A program made the position numbers and the translations under genes. From Callorhinchus milii (taxonomy: Eukaryota): a stretch of DNA of 64,000 bases. Below, one piece after another: positions 1 to 13,107 of the stretch (its first letter is position 1; each line of letters begins with the position of its first letter). The notes beneath the pieces were generated by a model. It did no database searches. It worked only from the letters and a program-made list of their open reading frames with translations, and was not told the DNA's origin. Where the stretch lies: positions 25,918,001-25,982,000 of the forward strand of contig NW_024704742.1 in assembly GCF_018977255.1 (NCBI RefSeq), given 5' to 3'.

Positions 1-224
1 TCCGCTTCATTTGGCGTGCGTTTCTATTCTGAATAGATTAAAACAACATACACAATATACATATCATCTGAGGCGATGGAGATTACCTGCAATGGAATGT
101 TGATTTGGGGGTTTGCTGCAGTGTATATGCGGCCAGTGGAAATTAATTCAACCACCGCTAAGGAATAAAACGATTCTTTAAAAGTTGATTGCCTGAGAAA
201 TCTTATGACAATTAAGAAAAAGAG

Positions 225-450
225 GGCAACGAGCCAGAATTTACTGGATATACTGTAAAGTGGATTGACTGTGTATTTTGTTTGTTGGTGAAATGTGGCA
301 GCCAATTTGCACACAGCCGTGGCCCACAAACAGCCATGAATTCATCTTTCCACTCCCCAGTCCTTTCGTCCACCACCCCCAGGCTCGGGTGACCCAGCCA
401 GTGGTGCGCTTTGAAAAATCCTCCCGACATGAGAGGCGATATCTAAATGC
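225..450. mobile_element. Decayed Deu-type SINE 3' pieces
   Basis: tgtggcagccaatttgcacacagc...cccacaaacagccatgaa is the reverse complement of the SINE 3' body seen in many copies. An L2-type tail (ggcgatatctaaatgcaa) follows on +. Confidence 0.55.
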
Positions 451-1503
451 AAAGTGAATTGCGGACTTTGCTGATTGAAAGCGCTCTAGAGAAGCCTGCA
501 GTCCCAACTCTGTTGTTATGTGCTTTGCTGGTTTTAGATACTGCAGATGTCATGCTATCTGTTGCTGAGAACCTTCACTTGCATTTGATGGCCTGCTGGT
601 TGTCAGCCACAGATGGCAAAGCTGTATTATCTGTTTGATAATTGAAGCCTGTACTTGTGAGAGATGAGCGCAGTGATTGTTCAGGTCTGCCGGCCCTTAA
701 TCTTAAGCAAATTCAGATTTTTATTTTGCTCTTATTTGCTGCAAAACCACAAAAGTGTTAAGAACTTAAGAAAGCATGAATGAGAAAAAGCTAGTTGGAC
801 AACAAGACACTCCTTCTACAGTTACACGTTACCTCCTCTATTGTGAAACCTCATCTCCACAATCTCCACGTTTCACTGCCTCTTGGGATAAAATATTGTA
901 TAATATAGTTAAATATAATAAAACAGTAAATTCCTGATGACAAGGCACTGGCTTAACTAGTCACGACCACTTAAGTCGCTATGCTATTAATATCCTACCC
1001 ATGCAAATTTTTAGTAAGGGGCTATGATTTACTTGTCATTCTGCTTACCACGTGACTAGTCGCATTCTCGAAAGTCTTTTAAGTATAGAATTTACAGTGT
1101 AAAATTGATCGGATAACTCAACCTGTAAAATGGTGTCTTGCATTGCAGAGGCCTCCTGCCCTATCCTGCCTGGTGTTGGCACTTTTGGGCACTTGCTCAA
1201 ATGCATCACAGAGGCCTCTGGCCTATTGGAGGGCCACACTGTGGTCTCCTGCCTTACCTCCCACCCAATACAGTGACAGGATACAGCAGGAGGCAGGTGA
1301 GGTAGGACACCATTGCCCACTCTGGCTAATAAATATACGAGCCCGAAACCGAACCTTTGCACAGGGTTTCCTCCATGAGGACCCCACCTCCAACAATGGA
1401 GCTCACCCCTAACATTGCATTGCAGTGTCATTCTAGACTATATGACTTCCAAGTCCTGATGTGGGGCTTCAAACCATAATCTTCTGAGGCAGCCCGGCAC
1501 CCA

Positions 1504-1504
<1 letters not shown>

Positions 1505-1546
<42 letters not shown>
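1505..1546 (+). repeat. (GATA)n microsatellite
   Basis: About 10 perfect tagatagata units. Confidence 0.95.
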
Positions 1547-2729
1547 TACAATAAAGCCCCCTTTATAATGCAATGGTTGAGTTTTTAAAATCCACAGCCG
1601 GGCAGATTATTCCCTGCATAACAAGTATTTCACATTGAATCTATTACATGATTTTGAAACAACAACAACTTGCATTTATATAGGTTCCTTCACGCTGGGT
1701 AGTTTCCTGGAGAAACAACTTTGAAGTTAAGGAGACCAGAAATAGTGTTGCCAGTTGAATCTTTTCCATAATAAACTCAACAAGGAGTGGTTTTATTTAT
1801 CCAGTTGTGTTTAGGATTCAGGATCAGTTTTATTGGTAATGAGATGAAATAGTTTGATATTCATGTGTATAAAAGTACCATTTGTACAATTAATCAAATT
1901 TCTGACACCTTTTTTGTGTCACTCTTTCCCAAAATCCCAAGTCTTTTCAATTGATCCACACATTTTGTTAACTGCTAATCAAAGCCCTTTTCCTTGCAAA
2001 TTTCTGCTTGTTTTCTATACAGTATTTCAGGCACATATACTGTACTGTTTTTACACATAATCTCTTGTCTCTCAAATCAAGCACCCTGTTTGAAAGCTGA
2101 TAGATAAAACAATCTTAATCTCTGTGAAAATGCAATAATCAACTCCAGAAAAAGTGACAGGGTATTTGACAGCAATTTTACAAAACTGAATCCAACTCAG
2201 ACCTGAGTGTTTCTGTGAGATACATTGTCAAAGTCGCTGACAAATTTGAAGCAGCTGGACCCAAATAGTGTTTCTTTGTATAACGTTTTTTCCCAGTGTT
2301 ACTGAAAACATTGTGAATTGATAAAGTTGAACAAAAGTTTAATATTCTACCTCATGATTCTTAATGTTTGCTACATAGTGAGACCTACATTTTGAAAGTC
2401 TTGTTCTCCTTCTTTTCTTTTATATCTTCAACATGATCTGTGCAAGATCAATTTGCACCTACACAATTTTACCATCATGAAAACCTGCGACTATATGCAA
2501 TGTTATCTTGTAAAACAGTAAATGCAATCAATATTGAAGATGTTCTTTTCAATTCTAATCTTTCCTTTAACAGCCTTTTAGTTTATTTGGTGGCAACATT
2601 TCTCTTCTATAACAGCCTCGTTACACACAATAATTTGCTTTGCCTGGTCCTGTTCATATAAAGTAGCAGGTGAACACTATTAAGTGTGTGGCAGATGAAC
2701 ACATATTAAGCAGCAGGTGAACACTAAGG

Positions 2730-3045
2730 TAACTCCCTGCTTGTCGGCCTTACCATCTCTTCCCTCCGTAGGATGGAGATCATCGAGATCTCTGCAGCTC
2801 GTGTCCTTTACCTCACTGGGCTCTGTGACCCTATCACTCCCACCCTAGCCCAGCTCCATTGACTCCCCATCCCCCAGAGGATAGAGTTCAAAATCCATGT
2901 CTTCACCTTCAAAGCCCTCCACGGCCTTGCTCCACCCTACCTTTGTGACCTGCTAACGCCATATCAACCTGCCCGCTCCCTCTGCTCAGCAGGCTCTGGC
3001 CTGCTCCACGTACCGCGTCTGGCCTTCCCACCATCGGTCATGGTA
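2730..3045 (+). mobile_element. L2 LINE fragment (C-terminal part of ORF)
   Basis: Encodes the NSLLVGLP...LAQLH..IPQRIEFKI..FTFKALHGLAPPYL-like L2 C-terminal motif. Confidence 0.8.
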
Positions 3046-3639
3046 ACTTGGTCTGTGTGTCTATATGCAGAACCAGAGGAGAGAAACTAAACTGCTCCTT
3101 CTTCCTCAATGGATTGTGGATATCCAGGAAAAGAACATGAAAGCGATTCAAGGATATGTAAAAAAATCCTAAGATATGTACTTGCTAGGTTTGGTTCTGA
3201 TGTTGGCTCTCTTGTCATGGTGTAGATGTGTGTTTTAGTACTATGCAGTATCAGAACATGTTGTTAGACAGTAGTCTTGAATCATGTTTGCACATTTATC
3301 ATGTTTTTAATATTGTATGTTTTTAATATTTCATATTTAATGCCATTGGTGCTGTCTTGTTAAATATAGTACTGTCAACAGTTAAATGATTCACAGAATT
3401 TTCTTACAAACAAACCAACGCTGCTATTTCCCACAACCTTTTCAATGGATTTAGTTTAGCAATATTGTCAGTGTGTTTGGAGTTATTTTCTCTTTTACTT
3501 TATACTTAATTCAGAAAAGTTAAACACCATTAAAATGATTAGGGGAATAAGAGTGATGCAAGCGTGGAATACTTCATATCGGTACCATTCAATGTTCATT
3601 GTATTTGTTTTAATCCTCAAATGCATTTGCAATCATTGA

Positions 3640-3729
<90 letters not shown>

Positions 3730-4359
3730 TAAATCATTTTTGATATGAAGCAATTAATATTGCACAATGACTGTTTAAAGTTATCACTGAATAATATTTT
3801 ATGCTTCATTAAAAAAAAGTTCAGTGTACATCTTTGTAGTCTACTGCATAACAGAGTAATTTTCAACGAAATTGTCATTCAGGAGCGACAACCACTACAG
3901 ATATATCATTATAAAATAAGTGCTAGAGTTCGATCAGCATGTGGTTGGCTCTTTTGTAAAGTACAATTGCAAAAATGGACCTGTAATCCTCAATGTCCAA
4001 ACAAGCATAACTGGGGGCTATTCTCCTCCAGCTGGTGAATAGACTGAAGAGATTGAACCAAATATTGGGCCACTTGAGTATGACAGCATCACGGCAAGAA
4101 TGGTTCATGGCATTTCAGTCTTTTCTCTCTGAAACAAATAAGCATTCCTCCATTTGTGGCCTTTTAATCAGTGTGATTGGATCCTAGATTTGGAATATGA
4201 AATAAACTTCATAAACCTAACTTTAGGTGGCTTGTATGATACATATGCTCTTGTTGTTAGTGCATGTCTTTCAGGTTCAATCCTACTGCTCAGTTGGTAG
4301 CACTCTCGCTTCTGGATTACAAGATATTCCATTCAATACAATACAAATTGACATTGATA

Positions 4360-4850
4360 TAGTAAGTTTCACATTGAGAGGAGGTCCAAACAGCACTTAT
4401 CAGTCATGTCTGAGCTGAGGGTGGGAGCCAAGCTGGGGTGGGGAGGAGAAAGAAGACTGAAAGCACAGTTAAAGAGGTGGGTCTTGAGGAGGACCTTGAA
4501 TGAGGTGAGGGAGGGAGGAAGTCCAGAAGACTCCAGGATGGAGTTGCAGACAATGAGGGCAGAAAGGCTGAAAGCCCGTCTGTCAATATGAAGCAAATTG
4601 CCCACTGAGTGAAGGGAGCATACAGATCAATAGTGTTTGAGGAGGTCGTAGAGGTAGGGGTGAGACCGTGGAGGAATGTAAAGATGAGAACAAGGATCTT
4701 GACCTCCAACAATAGGGGAATGAGCCGAGCAAGGATGGGGACAATTGGCGTATGGGAAAGGACATGTGCTGCAGAATTCTGGATAGTCTGAAACTCGTGT
4801 AGGGAAGAGCTGGGGAGTCCAGCGAGTAGAGCATTGGTGAGGTCAAGCAA
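4360..4850 (-). mobile_element. L2 LINE 3' fragment
   Basis: ORF track: NALLAGLPSSSLHEFQTIQNSAAHVL... and FKVLLKTHLF, which are typical L2 C-terminal motifs. Confidence 0.85.
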
Positions 4851-4937
4851 ACCAGACTAAGAGTATCACATATTCATACTATTGACACACGGAAATTTCT
4901 GGAATAGAATGCACACTCTCTCCCTGAGGAATGCATT

Positions 4938-6272
4938 TAGAATCATAGAATCATACAGCACAGAAAGAGGCCATTCAGCCTATCGTGTCTGTACCAGCTC
5001 TGAAAAGAGCAATCCAACTCAATCCCACTGGCCTGCTTTCTCTCCATAGCCCTGCAATCTTATCCTTTCCAAATACCCATCTACTTCTCTCTTAAAAGTT
5101 GTTATTGAATCAGCTTCCACTACCCTTTCAGGTAATGTATTCCAGATCCGAACAACTTACTGGGTGAAAACATTTTACCTAACCTCTCCTCTGTTTCTTT
5201 TAATAACTAACTTAAATTGGTGTCCTCAGGTTACTGACCCACATGCCAGTGGAAACAATTTTTCCCAGTTCAACCTATCAAATCCTCTCATGATCTTGAA
5301 AACTTCTATTAAATTCCCTCTTAATCTTCTCTGCTCTCGGGAGAATAATCCTAGTTTCACTTATCTCCTCATAACTAAGGTCCTTCATTCCTGGTACCAA
5401 CCTGGTAAATCTCCTTTGCACCCTCTCAAATGCCCTAACATCTTTCCTAAAGTGCGATCCCCAGAATTGAACACTGTACTCCAACTGAGGCCAAACCAGA
5501 ATTTTATAAATATTCAACATAACCTCCTGACTTTTGAATTCTTTGCCCCTATTTATAAAGCCTAGTATCCCGTATGCTTTTTTTAACAGCTTTATCTACC
5601 TACCCTGCCACCTTCAGAGATTTGCTTATGTGGACCCCCGGTCTCTCTGTTCATTTGCCCCCTTTAAGATTGTACCATCTAGCTTATACAACTCTCATTC
5701 TTCCTACCAAAATGCAACACTTCATATTTCTCCATATTAAATCTCATCTGCCACGTTTCTGCCCATTTTACCAATCTGTCTAAGTCCTCTTGGAGTCTGG
5801 TGCTATCCTCCTCACCATTAACTACTTTTCCTAGCTTAGTATCATCTGCAAATTTGAAAATTGTGCTCTCTATATCCAGGTCCAGATTATTAATATAGAT
5901 CAGAAAGAGCAGTGGTCACAATACCGACCCCTGAGGGACACCACTACACACTTGCCTCCAGTCAGAAAAGTAAATGTTTACTATCACTCTCTGCTTTCTG
6001 TCTTCTAGCCACTTCTGGATCCATGTTGCCACAGTCCCTTTAATACCGTGGGCTTGTATTTGTTTATAAGTCTCTTATGTGGCACTTGGTCAAATGCCTT
6101 TTCAAAATCTAAATAAACTACGTCTACTGCACTACCTTCATCTATGCTCTCAGTCACTTCAACAAAAATTCTATTAGGTTTGTCAGACATGATCTGCCTT
6201 TAACAAATCTGTGTTGACTGTCCTTTATTAAACCATATTTTTCCAAGTGAGAACTTATATTGTCCCGGATTT
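4938..6272 (-). mobile_element. CR1 LINE, 5'-truncated (RT C-terminal half and 3' UTR)
   Basis: VDVVYLDFEKAFDQVPHKRLINK and YKILVWPQLEYSVQFW..ERVQRRFTRLVPGM on -. Tandem agaatcat tail at 4938. Confidence 0.92.
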
Positions 6273-6367
6273 GGCTTACCTAATTCCAGAAAGTAGACAC
6301 CGGTTGGTGAGTGCCAAGCTTTAGGGACACCAACGCATACATTCGGGTACTGCTGGAATTTAACTAG

Positions 6368-6780
6368 GTAACAACAATAACAGCCCAACAACAACTTGCA
6401 CTTATATAGCACCCTCCACGCCGGGTGGCATGTCAGAGCGCTTAACAATGGTGGAGCTCGAGGCTGAGCCATGGGAGGGGGAAGGGACCGTAGGTGTGGT
6501 CGAAAAGGAAGGTCTTTAGGTGCAACCTGAAGATAGGGAAGGAGGGGGCAAGGCAAAGGGGTTGAGGGAGGGAGTTCCAAAGTTTCGGGGTGTTGTGGCT
6601 GAAGACACGGCCGTCGATGGTGGAGAGGAGGAGACGGAGGAGGCAGCTGGTACTACTGTGGGGAGAGAGGAGGTTTGAGAGATAGGAGTGTGCCAAGGAA
6701 TTGAGGGATTTAAACACTAGAGTGAGGATCTTGAAGTCGATCTCTCTGTGACAGGGAGTCAGTGGAGTTTGGCAAGGACT
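6368..6780 (-). mobile_element. L2 LINE 3' end with (AAC)n tail
   Basis: IDFKILTLVFKSLNSLAHSYL...LWNSLPQ...LKTFLF; terminal gctatataagtgcaagttgttgttg on -. Confidence 0.88.
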
Positions 6781-6894
6781 CCAGTGCTTTGGCAAGGACT
6801 GTAGTTCTTGCCAAAGGACAGCTATATGGTAAAATCATAGAGCTTGCCATCAAGAGCACTTTCTGGCAAGCTTCCTGCTGCATCTACCAGTTGG

Positions 6895-7218
6895 TAATAA
6901 TAATAATAATAATAATCCTTGCATTTGATATAGTGCTTTTTCACGTTGGGAGGACGTCCCAAAGCGCTTCACAGAACACACTGTAAAGTGAATTGACTGT
7001 ATATTTGTGGGCAAATGCGGCAGCCAATTGCGCACAGCAATGTCCCACAAACAGTCGTAGATTGAAAATGACCAATTTATTATTGTTTTTGGTTTTGGAG
7101 GGTTTATTATTAGGCGTGTGGAGTAAGGAAACTTGCCCAAGGTTTCGCCCTGCCTGGAATTAAACTCAGGTCTCTTGCTTGCAAAGCGAGTGCTCTACCC
7201 ACTGAGCTACAGGACTCC
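6895..7218 (-). mobile_element. tRNA(Ala-TGC)-headed SINE, short subfamily, full length
   Basis: Head ggagtcctgtagctcagtgg..gcactcgcTTTGCAAgc..; 3' gctatatcaaatgcaagg(att)n tail. Very similar to the copies at 38188 and 48176. Confidence 0.9.
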
Positions 7219-7459
7219 ATGGTAGCATGGAGCTTGAGCAGAAGCTGTTTATCTTTCCACATACCAAATCCTGGATCTATAAACATGTTCACAAACCTGG
7301 CCTCCAGGTTATGCCTTGCAGCAACTGTCCTAAGCATCAGAATTTCCTTAGCAACAGATCCAGTTTAGGCTGGAGCCCTCCTACTTTGCAGTCACTTCCT
7401 CATTTTTTCACAAATCTACCTCACTGTTCAGTCCTGGACTTTGCAGAGTTATTCAAATA

Positions 7460-7763
7460 ATTAATCTTTGCATTTGATATAGCGCTTTTCATGACTTCTT
7501 GACGTCTCAAAGCGCTTCACAGAATATACTGTAAAGTGAATTGACTGTATATCTGTGGGTGAAACACAGCAGCCAATTGCACACAGCAGTGTCCCACAAA
7601 CAGTCGTGGATTGAGTGTCCAAATGATTATTGGTTTTTTTTAAGGATTATTGTCCCTGGAAAAGCGATCTGCCAATCAACTAACAACCGGGTTCCTACTT
7701 ACTGCTAGGTAAACAGAGGCGTGTGGAGTAAGGAAACTGAGAACCCAGATCTCTCGCTTGCGA
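7460..7763 (-). mobile_element. tRNA-headed SINE, long subfamily, 5'-truncated
   Basis: Contains the ctgtttacctagcagtaagtaggaacccggttgttag segment and the shared tail. Confidence 0.85.
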
Positions 7764-7944
7764 ATAATAAAATAATAATGTAAAATAATAATGTTACAAA
7801 ACTACAGGTATTTGGTGCTGGTTGATACAGTTCCTATGAGTACAGTTTTTTTTTCTGAAGACACAAACTCATACTGGATGTTGGCAGCCTTCCCAAGTAC
7901 CATTCAATAAGGTGTGAACCCACGAATTGAATGTTGGAAAGCTA

Positions 7945-8460
7945 TTATAACACATCGCATTTATATAGGGTTTTTCATGTTGGGAGGACATCCCAAGATG
8001 CTGGGCATTCAAGGGTTTGCACCTGAGCTGAGGTTTGGATTCAGAAGGTTGAGGGCCCAGGGTGGGTGGGAAGATGACTGAAGGTGCGATCAAAGAGGAA
8101 GCTCTTGAGGTGGACCTTGAAGGAGGCAAGGGAAGGGGCGAGGAGAAAAGGACTCCGGGAATGTAGTTCCAGTGAGCGGGGGCAGAAAGTCTGAAGAGCC
8201 AACTGCCGATGGTGGGTACTGGACAGGTGATGTGAACCAGGCCAGTGCCTGTAAAGAGGAGGAAGTAGGAAGTCGGTAGGCTTTTAGAAAGTTACAGAAG
8301 TTGGTTGGGGCATGACTATGGAGGGATTTAAAAGTGAGAATGAGAATCTTGAACTTGATCCTCTGGGGCACGTGTGGAGCCATTGTAGCTGAGCAAGAAT
8401 GGAGGTAATAGGCTCACAGAGCCTAGTGTGGGAGAGGACACGAGCTGCAGAGTTAGGTAT
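7945..8460 (-). mobile_element. L2 LINE 3' fragment
   Basis: VPQRIKFKILILTFKSLHSHAP motif and L2-type tail. Confidence 0.85.
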
Positions 8461-8734
8461 TGATATCAGTTTGTCTCCACATGACAGTAATTACCTGTGA
8501 AATGCTTTAAAATAATTCAGTGTTATAACTGTTATACCAAAACCAATGATTATTATTGGCATTTACTTGTACATAAATCTTAAAAAGCCATTCTTTTCCC
8601 TTTTTTAAAAGTTATTTTATTTTCAGTACCTTAAATACCATTTTCTAACCATGAGGTTAGGTAACACTCTTGGACTGTGCTTCTCTCCCTGGATGTGAGC
8701 GATTGCTTGCCATCTCCCCAAACGAGATACAATA

Positions 8735-9430
8735 TAATAGAAAATTACATTGGTACAGTGCCTTTAACGTCTGGAAGAGGCCCCAAAGTACTGGGCAGGG
8801 AGTTGGTGGGGGGAGATTGAGGTAAGGGAGGGTGAAGGGCAAGTAGGGTAGGAGGGTGTCCAAAGGTACGGTTAACAAGGAGGGTCTTGAGACGTTACTT
8901 GAAAGAGGCAAGGAGGGAGCGAGGCAAAGGGAATATGAAATGGAGTTCCAAAGGGTGGGAGCAGAGAGCCTGAAGGCCCCTCCGCCAATGATGGAGCGGG
9001 CCGTGTGGGGAACTTGGAGCAGGCCGGAGCCTGCTGAGCGGAGAGTGTGGATAGGTTGATAAAGGGTTAGCAGGTCACTGAGTTAGGAAGGGGCAAGGCT
9101 GTGAAGGGCCTTGAAGGTGAGGATGAGGATTTTAAACTGTATCCTCTGATGAATGGGGAGCCAGTGGAGCTGGGCGAGCTGGGGGATGATGGGGTTACAT
9201 AGCCTGGTTTGGGAGAGGACATGAGCTGCAGAGTTCTGGATGATCTGCAGCTTGTGGAGGGAAGAGTTGGGAAGGCCAACAAGCATGGAGTTAGCGTAGC
9301 TGAGCCTAGATTTGATGAACGCATAAATGAGGGTTTCGGTGGGCTGAACGGTGAGGCAGTGGCGGAGCCAGGTAATGTTGCGGAGGTGGGGAAGGCAGAG
9401 CAGGTCATGGCATGGATGTGGGGGAGATCA
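8735..9430 (-). mobile_element. L2 LINE 3' fragment
   Basis: LVGLPNSSLHKLQIIQNSAAHVLSQTRLCNPIIPQLAQLHWLPIHQRIQFKILILTFKALHSLAP. Confidence 0.9.
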
Positions 9431-9837
9431 CCTCTTTGCAGAGAATTGAGAGTGTATATCTCCTGCCATTCCCTCATTAAACACAAAGTCAACCATCAAT
9501 TACCTCACTATCTCAGAAGTGCTGGAATCCTTTTGCGTTTAGGTTTCAAAGAAATTGGTTTGGATCTCAAGGTTCGTTTCCCAAAAGACCCCTTCACAAC
9601 AAAATCACAGATACTGAGACCAATGATTAAAGAGGAATATTATGGTGTGTGGAGGGAAAGAAGCACTACTTTCAATGGAAAGCACTACCTCCATCTGGGT
9701 AATCATCTTGTCTCTGCTCTCCCATCACCAGGGAAATTATAGTTTCATAGCATTGAGATAGCCGGGAGCTGATTCTATGCTGCTTATGAAGAGTGTTATA
9801 AGTTCCAGAGCATGTTCTGGATGTAGGTGTCTCTTGT

Positions 9838-10045
9838 GGAGTCCTGTAGCATATTGGTTTGCACGCTCGCCTTGTAATCGAGAGGACCAGGGTTGATTTC
9901 TGGGTAGGGCGAAACGTAGGGAAGTTTCCTTACTGCATTCGTCTAGCAGTAAGTAGGAACCTGTGTGTTAGTCGATTGGTAGGACACTTTTACGGGGGTA
10001 ATAATCCCTTCAAAAATAATAAAATTTAATTTATTGTACCATTTA
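9838..10045 (+). mobile_element. tRNA-headed SINE, 5' half (long subfamily)
   Basis: ggagtcctgtagc...aagtttccttact...tagcagtaagtaggaacc. Confidence 0.75.
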
Positions 10046-11271
10046 CTCTTTGACTTCAGGCTCTCTGCAATACAGTGTGATTATAAATTTATACATCAGG
10101 AAAAAAAGAGAGGAATTGTAAATTAACTAGCAATTTTTTGAAGGAAATCTATCTTTGTGAGTTCCATCAGCCCAAGATATTTGAATGATGCAAAACCTCT
10201 TTGAGCTACATTTTATCCTCTGATTTGAAGGAGTTTGATTGTGTCCTAGATTTGTTAATACCATGGGAGATTATTACAATTAAATAATTTCAATCCAGAT
10301 TCAGGCCACTGGAATGCAGGAAGAGATCAAGCTAACACAAAGCAATTACAGACATTAAAGTTTTATTTTGCTCTAATTTTACATGATAAATGTGAGATGA
10401 CCTCAGTATTCCAATACTCTATTAAAGCATGAGGATGAACATTGTTATAGCCTAATCTGTGAGCTCAAGTCCCAATGAGAGGTTTGAACCCGTACCATTC
10501 TGACACAGATGAGAGAGCTACAAAGTGAATAAAGGTGATGCCTAAACTGGAGAATATAGCCCAAATCCACCTTATGGTTGTGTAAGTCATCAGAGTGACA
10601 TTAGTGGTAGCAATATAAGTACAGGAGTAAGTAATTGGAGAAAAATAGTCCAAGCAATCCCTGATTCCAGATGAAAGAGGCAGTATTGTGGCAGGAGTCC
10701 TTTTAATAGATTTAACTCTGTGTGAACTCCATAAAAGTCTTCAGTGTTTTTCAGTGCACTGATAAAACAAGAATATTGGGCTTCATGTTGGCTTGCTGAG
10801 TAAATGCTCCATTTTGCATGATGCTGAGTAATACAAGGTTTTGACCATAAAGGTTTTGAGTCAATCCTGGGTTGGTGCTGAGTTAGCAGATGATGGCTGT
10901 TGCAGTAGTGGGGCTTCAGTGTTCCCAGGTGTCATGTGGAAAGCAATAAACCGATACTTCTACAAAGTGAATCTGTGTGAATGTCAGTGATGAGGGCAGA
11001 ATCAGACTTAATAGCAATGCTCTTGACCATCAAAGTGTGTGCAGGTTCACATGTGAAGAATGGTCAATTGGGGAGGTATCTGATGCATACCAGTGCCTGT
11101 AGAACGGTATCTCAGTAGAGATGCCACATTCAATAAAAGAGAGTTGAAAAAGACACAGAATGCCGTACTTTATTTACCTGTGATATTGCAGTAACTTTAC
11201 CGTCTGCATTAATGAAAACATTCAACATATAACTATTGCAAAATTCTTGTCCTTACTAGATCTAACTAATA

Positions 11272-11490
11272 AGAATAATCCTTGCATTTGATATAGCATC
11301 TTATCATGTCATTGAGACGTCTCAAAATGCTTCGCAGGATATACTGTAAAGTGTATTAACTGAGTATTTTGTGGGCGAAACACAGCAGCCAGTTGTTGGT
11401 CAGGACACCAGGAGAATTTTCTTTTCAAATAGTGCCATGGGATCTTTAACATCCATTTGAACAGATGGGACCTCGGTTTAACATCTCATC
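11272..11490 (-). mobile_element. Deu-type SINE fragment
   Basis: ggacaccaggagaa...tagtgccatgggatctttaacatcca...ctcggtttaacatctcatc. Confidence 0.75.
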
Positions 11491-11772
11491 ATTACTGTAT
11501 GTGACAATATGCTGTGTATCATTAAGGAGCTGCAACCAAGTTTGAAGAAAATACAACCACTTGCAATTATATAGTGCTTTTACACAGGGTAGCATCTCAG
11601 AGCACTTAACAATGGTGTCGTTTGATGCTGAGCCAGGTAGAAAGGGAATGTGACCGAAGGCATTGCAAAAGAGGAAAATATATACAAAAGCAAGAAATTG
11701 ATCTTAGATTTTCTTTAAGGGCAGGAAACATGTTTTTCACTATTTCAGAGTAGTTCCAGTAGGAAATTTCAA

Positions 11773-12118
11773 ATAATAATAATCCTTGATTTCATATAGT
11801 GCCTTATCACGTCTTCGAGACATCTCAAAGCGCTTCACAGAATATACTGTAATGTAAATTGACTGTATATTTTGTTTGCGAAACACAGCAGCCACTTGCG
11901 CACAGCAGTATCCCATATACAAGTATGGATTGAGTGACCAAATTATTTTTATTTTGAAGGAATTATTATTCCCGGAAAAGTGATCCGCCAACCGACTAAC
12001 AACAGGGTTCTACTTATTGCTAGGTAAACAGTGGCGTGTGCAGGAAGGAAACTTGCCCAACATTTTGCCCTGCCGGGAATTGAATCAAGGTCCTCTCAGT
12101 TGTGAGGCAAGTGCTCCA
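11773..12118 (-). mobile_element. tRNA-headed SINE, long subfamily
   Basis: Same head, central and tail modules as the copy at 28306. Confidence 0.85.
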
Positions 12119-13107
12119 AATATTTAAATTTGGAATGAAAAAGGGATCTGTTCCTTGCGTATTGACATTTGCAGTTTGGAATCTGATGCTTTCCATAGAA
12201 GTCATGGTTAGTTAATAATCTTAGGCTCCCTCTCTTTTATAATTTTTAATTATCCTGTGTTACTATTTAATTTCTTGAATTAATCATCTACTATTCTCTA
12301 GGCTCCATTCTTTTGTTCCAGACATTTTGTCCTAGTTTCAAATAAAGTGAATTCTAGCATTTCTGACTAGCATAAAACATAAAACTGCATTTTTCTATGT
12401 TTGTATAGAGAAAGGTCTTTGTGTGGTAATTTATTATATTGAGACAATATTTAATTATTTTTCTCTAGGGATAAGTTACATTTTTTTAATATAGGAAATA
12501 ACAAAAAAAAGTTGTATATATAAAAAAATTATAGAATCCCCCTTTACGTAGGGTAACATCTCAGAATGCTTCACAAAGACGTGGTCGGATATCGAGCAAG
12601 AGAGAAAGGGAAGGGAGGAAAGGGCAGGTACTGTAGATAAGGTCAAAGATGCAACATAATACAACTTCTTAAATCATGTGGAATAGTATAACATTCAACC
12701 AGTTAGTGTAGGTTATTTTGAACAGGAAGCCAGACCTTCACATGAGGGAGAAGGGAATAGAAGGGTATGGGAGAGAGTAAGGAGTCGTTGGAGAGTCATG
12801 TGGAGTACAAACACTGGCAATGACTAGTTGGTCCAAGTGGCTTGTTTCCATGCTGTATATTGTTTGTAAAGCTTGGTTAATTCACACATGGTTTGATTTA
12901 CTTGAATTTGCGTATTAAAGAAATTCTTGAGAAATTGAACACCATTGAAAATGAACATAAATAATTAATAATTAAAATGTTTGTAGTGTTAGAGAAAATT
13001 AAAATCCAATGGTCCGTTCAAATATTATGTGAATTAGCATTATAGATTTTGTAGTCAGCTTTATTAATGATTGAGTTTAGAAGGTGAACAAGCAATGGGA
13101 TGCCCAT

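Noticed and set aside
2665..2728. CRISPR-like repeat arrays (also at 17200 and 51529)
   Set aside because: Only 2-3 units, no unique spacers of regular length, vertebrate context and no cas genes.
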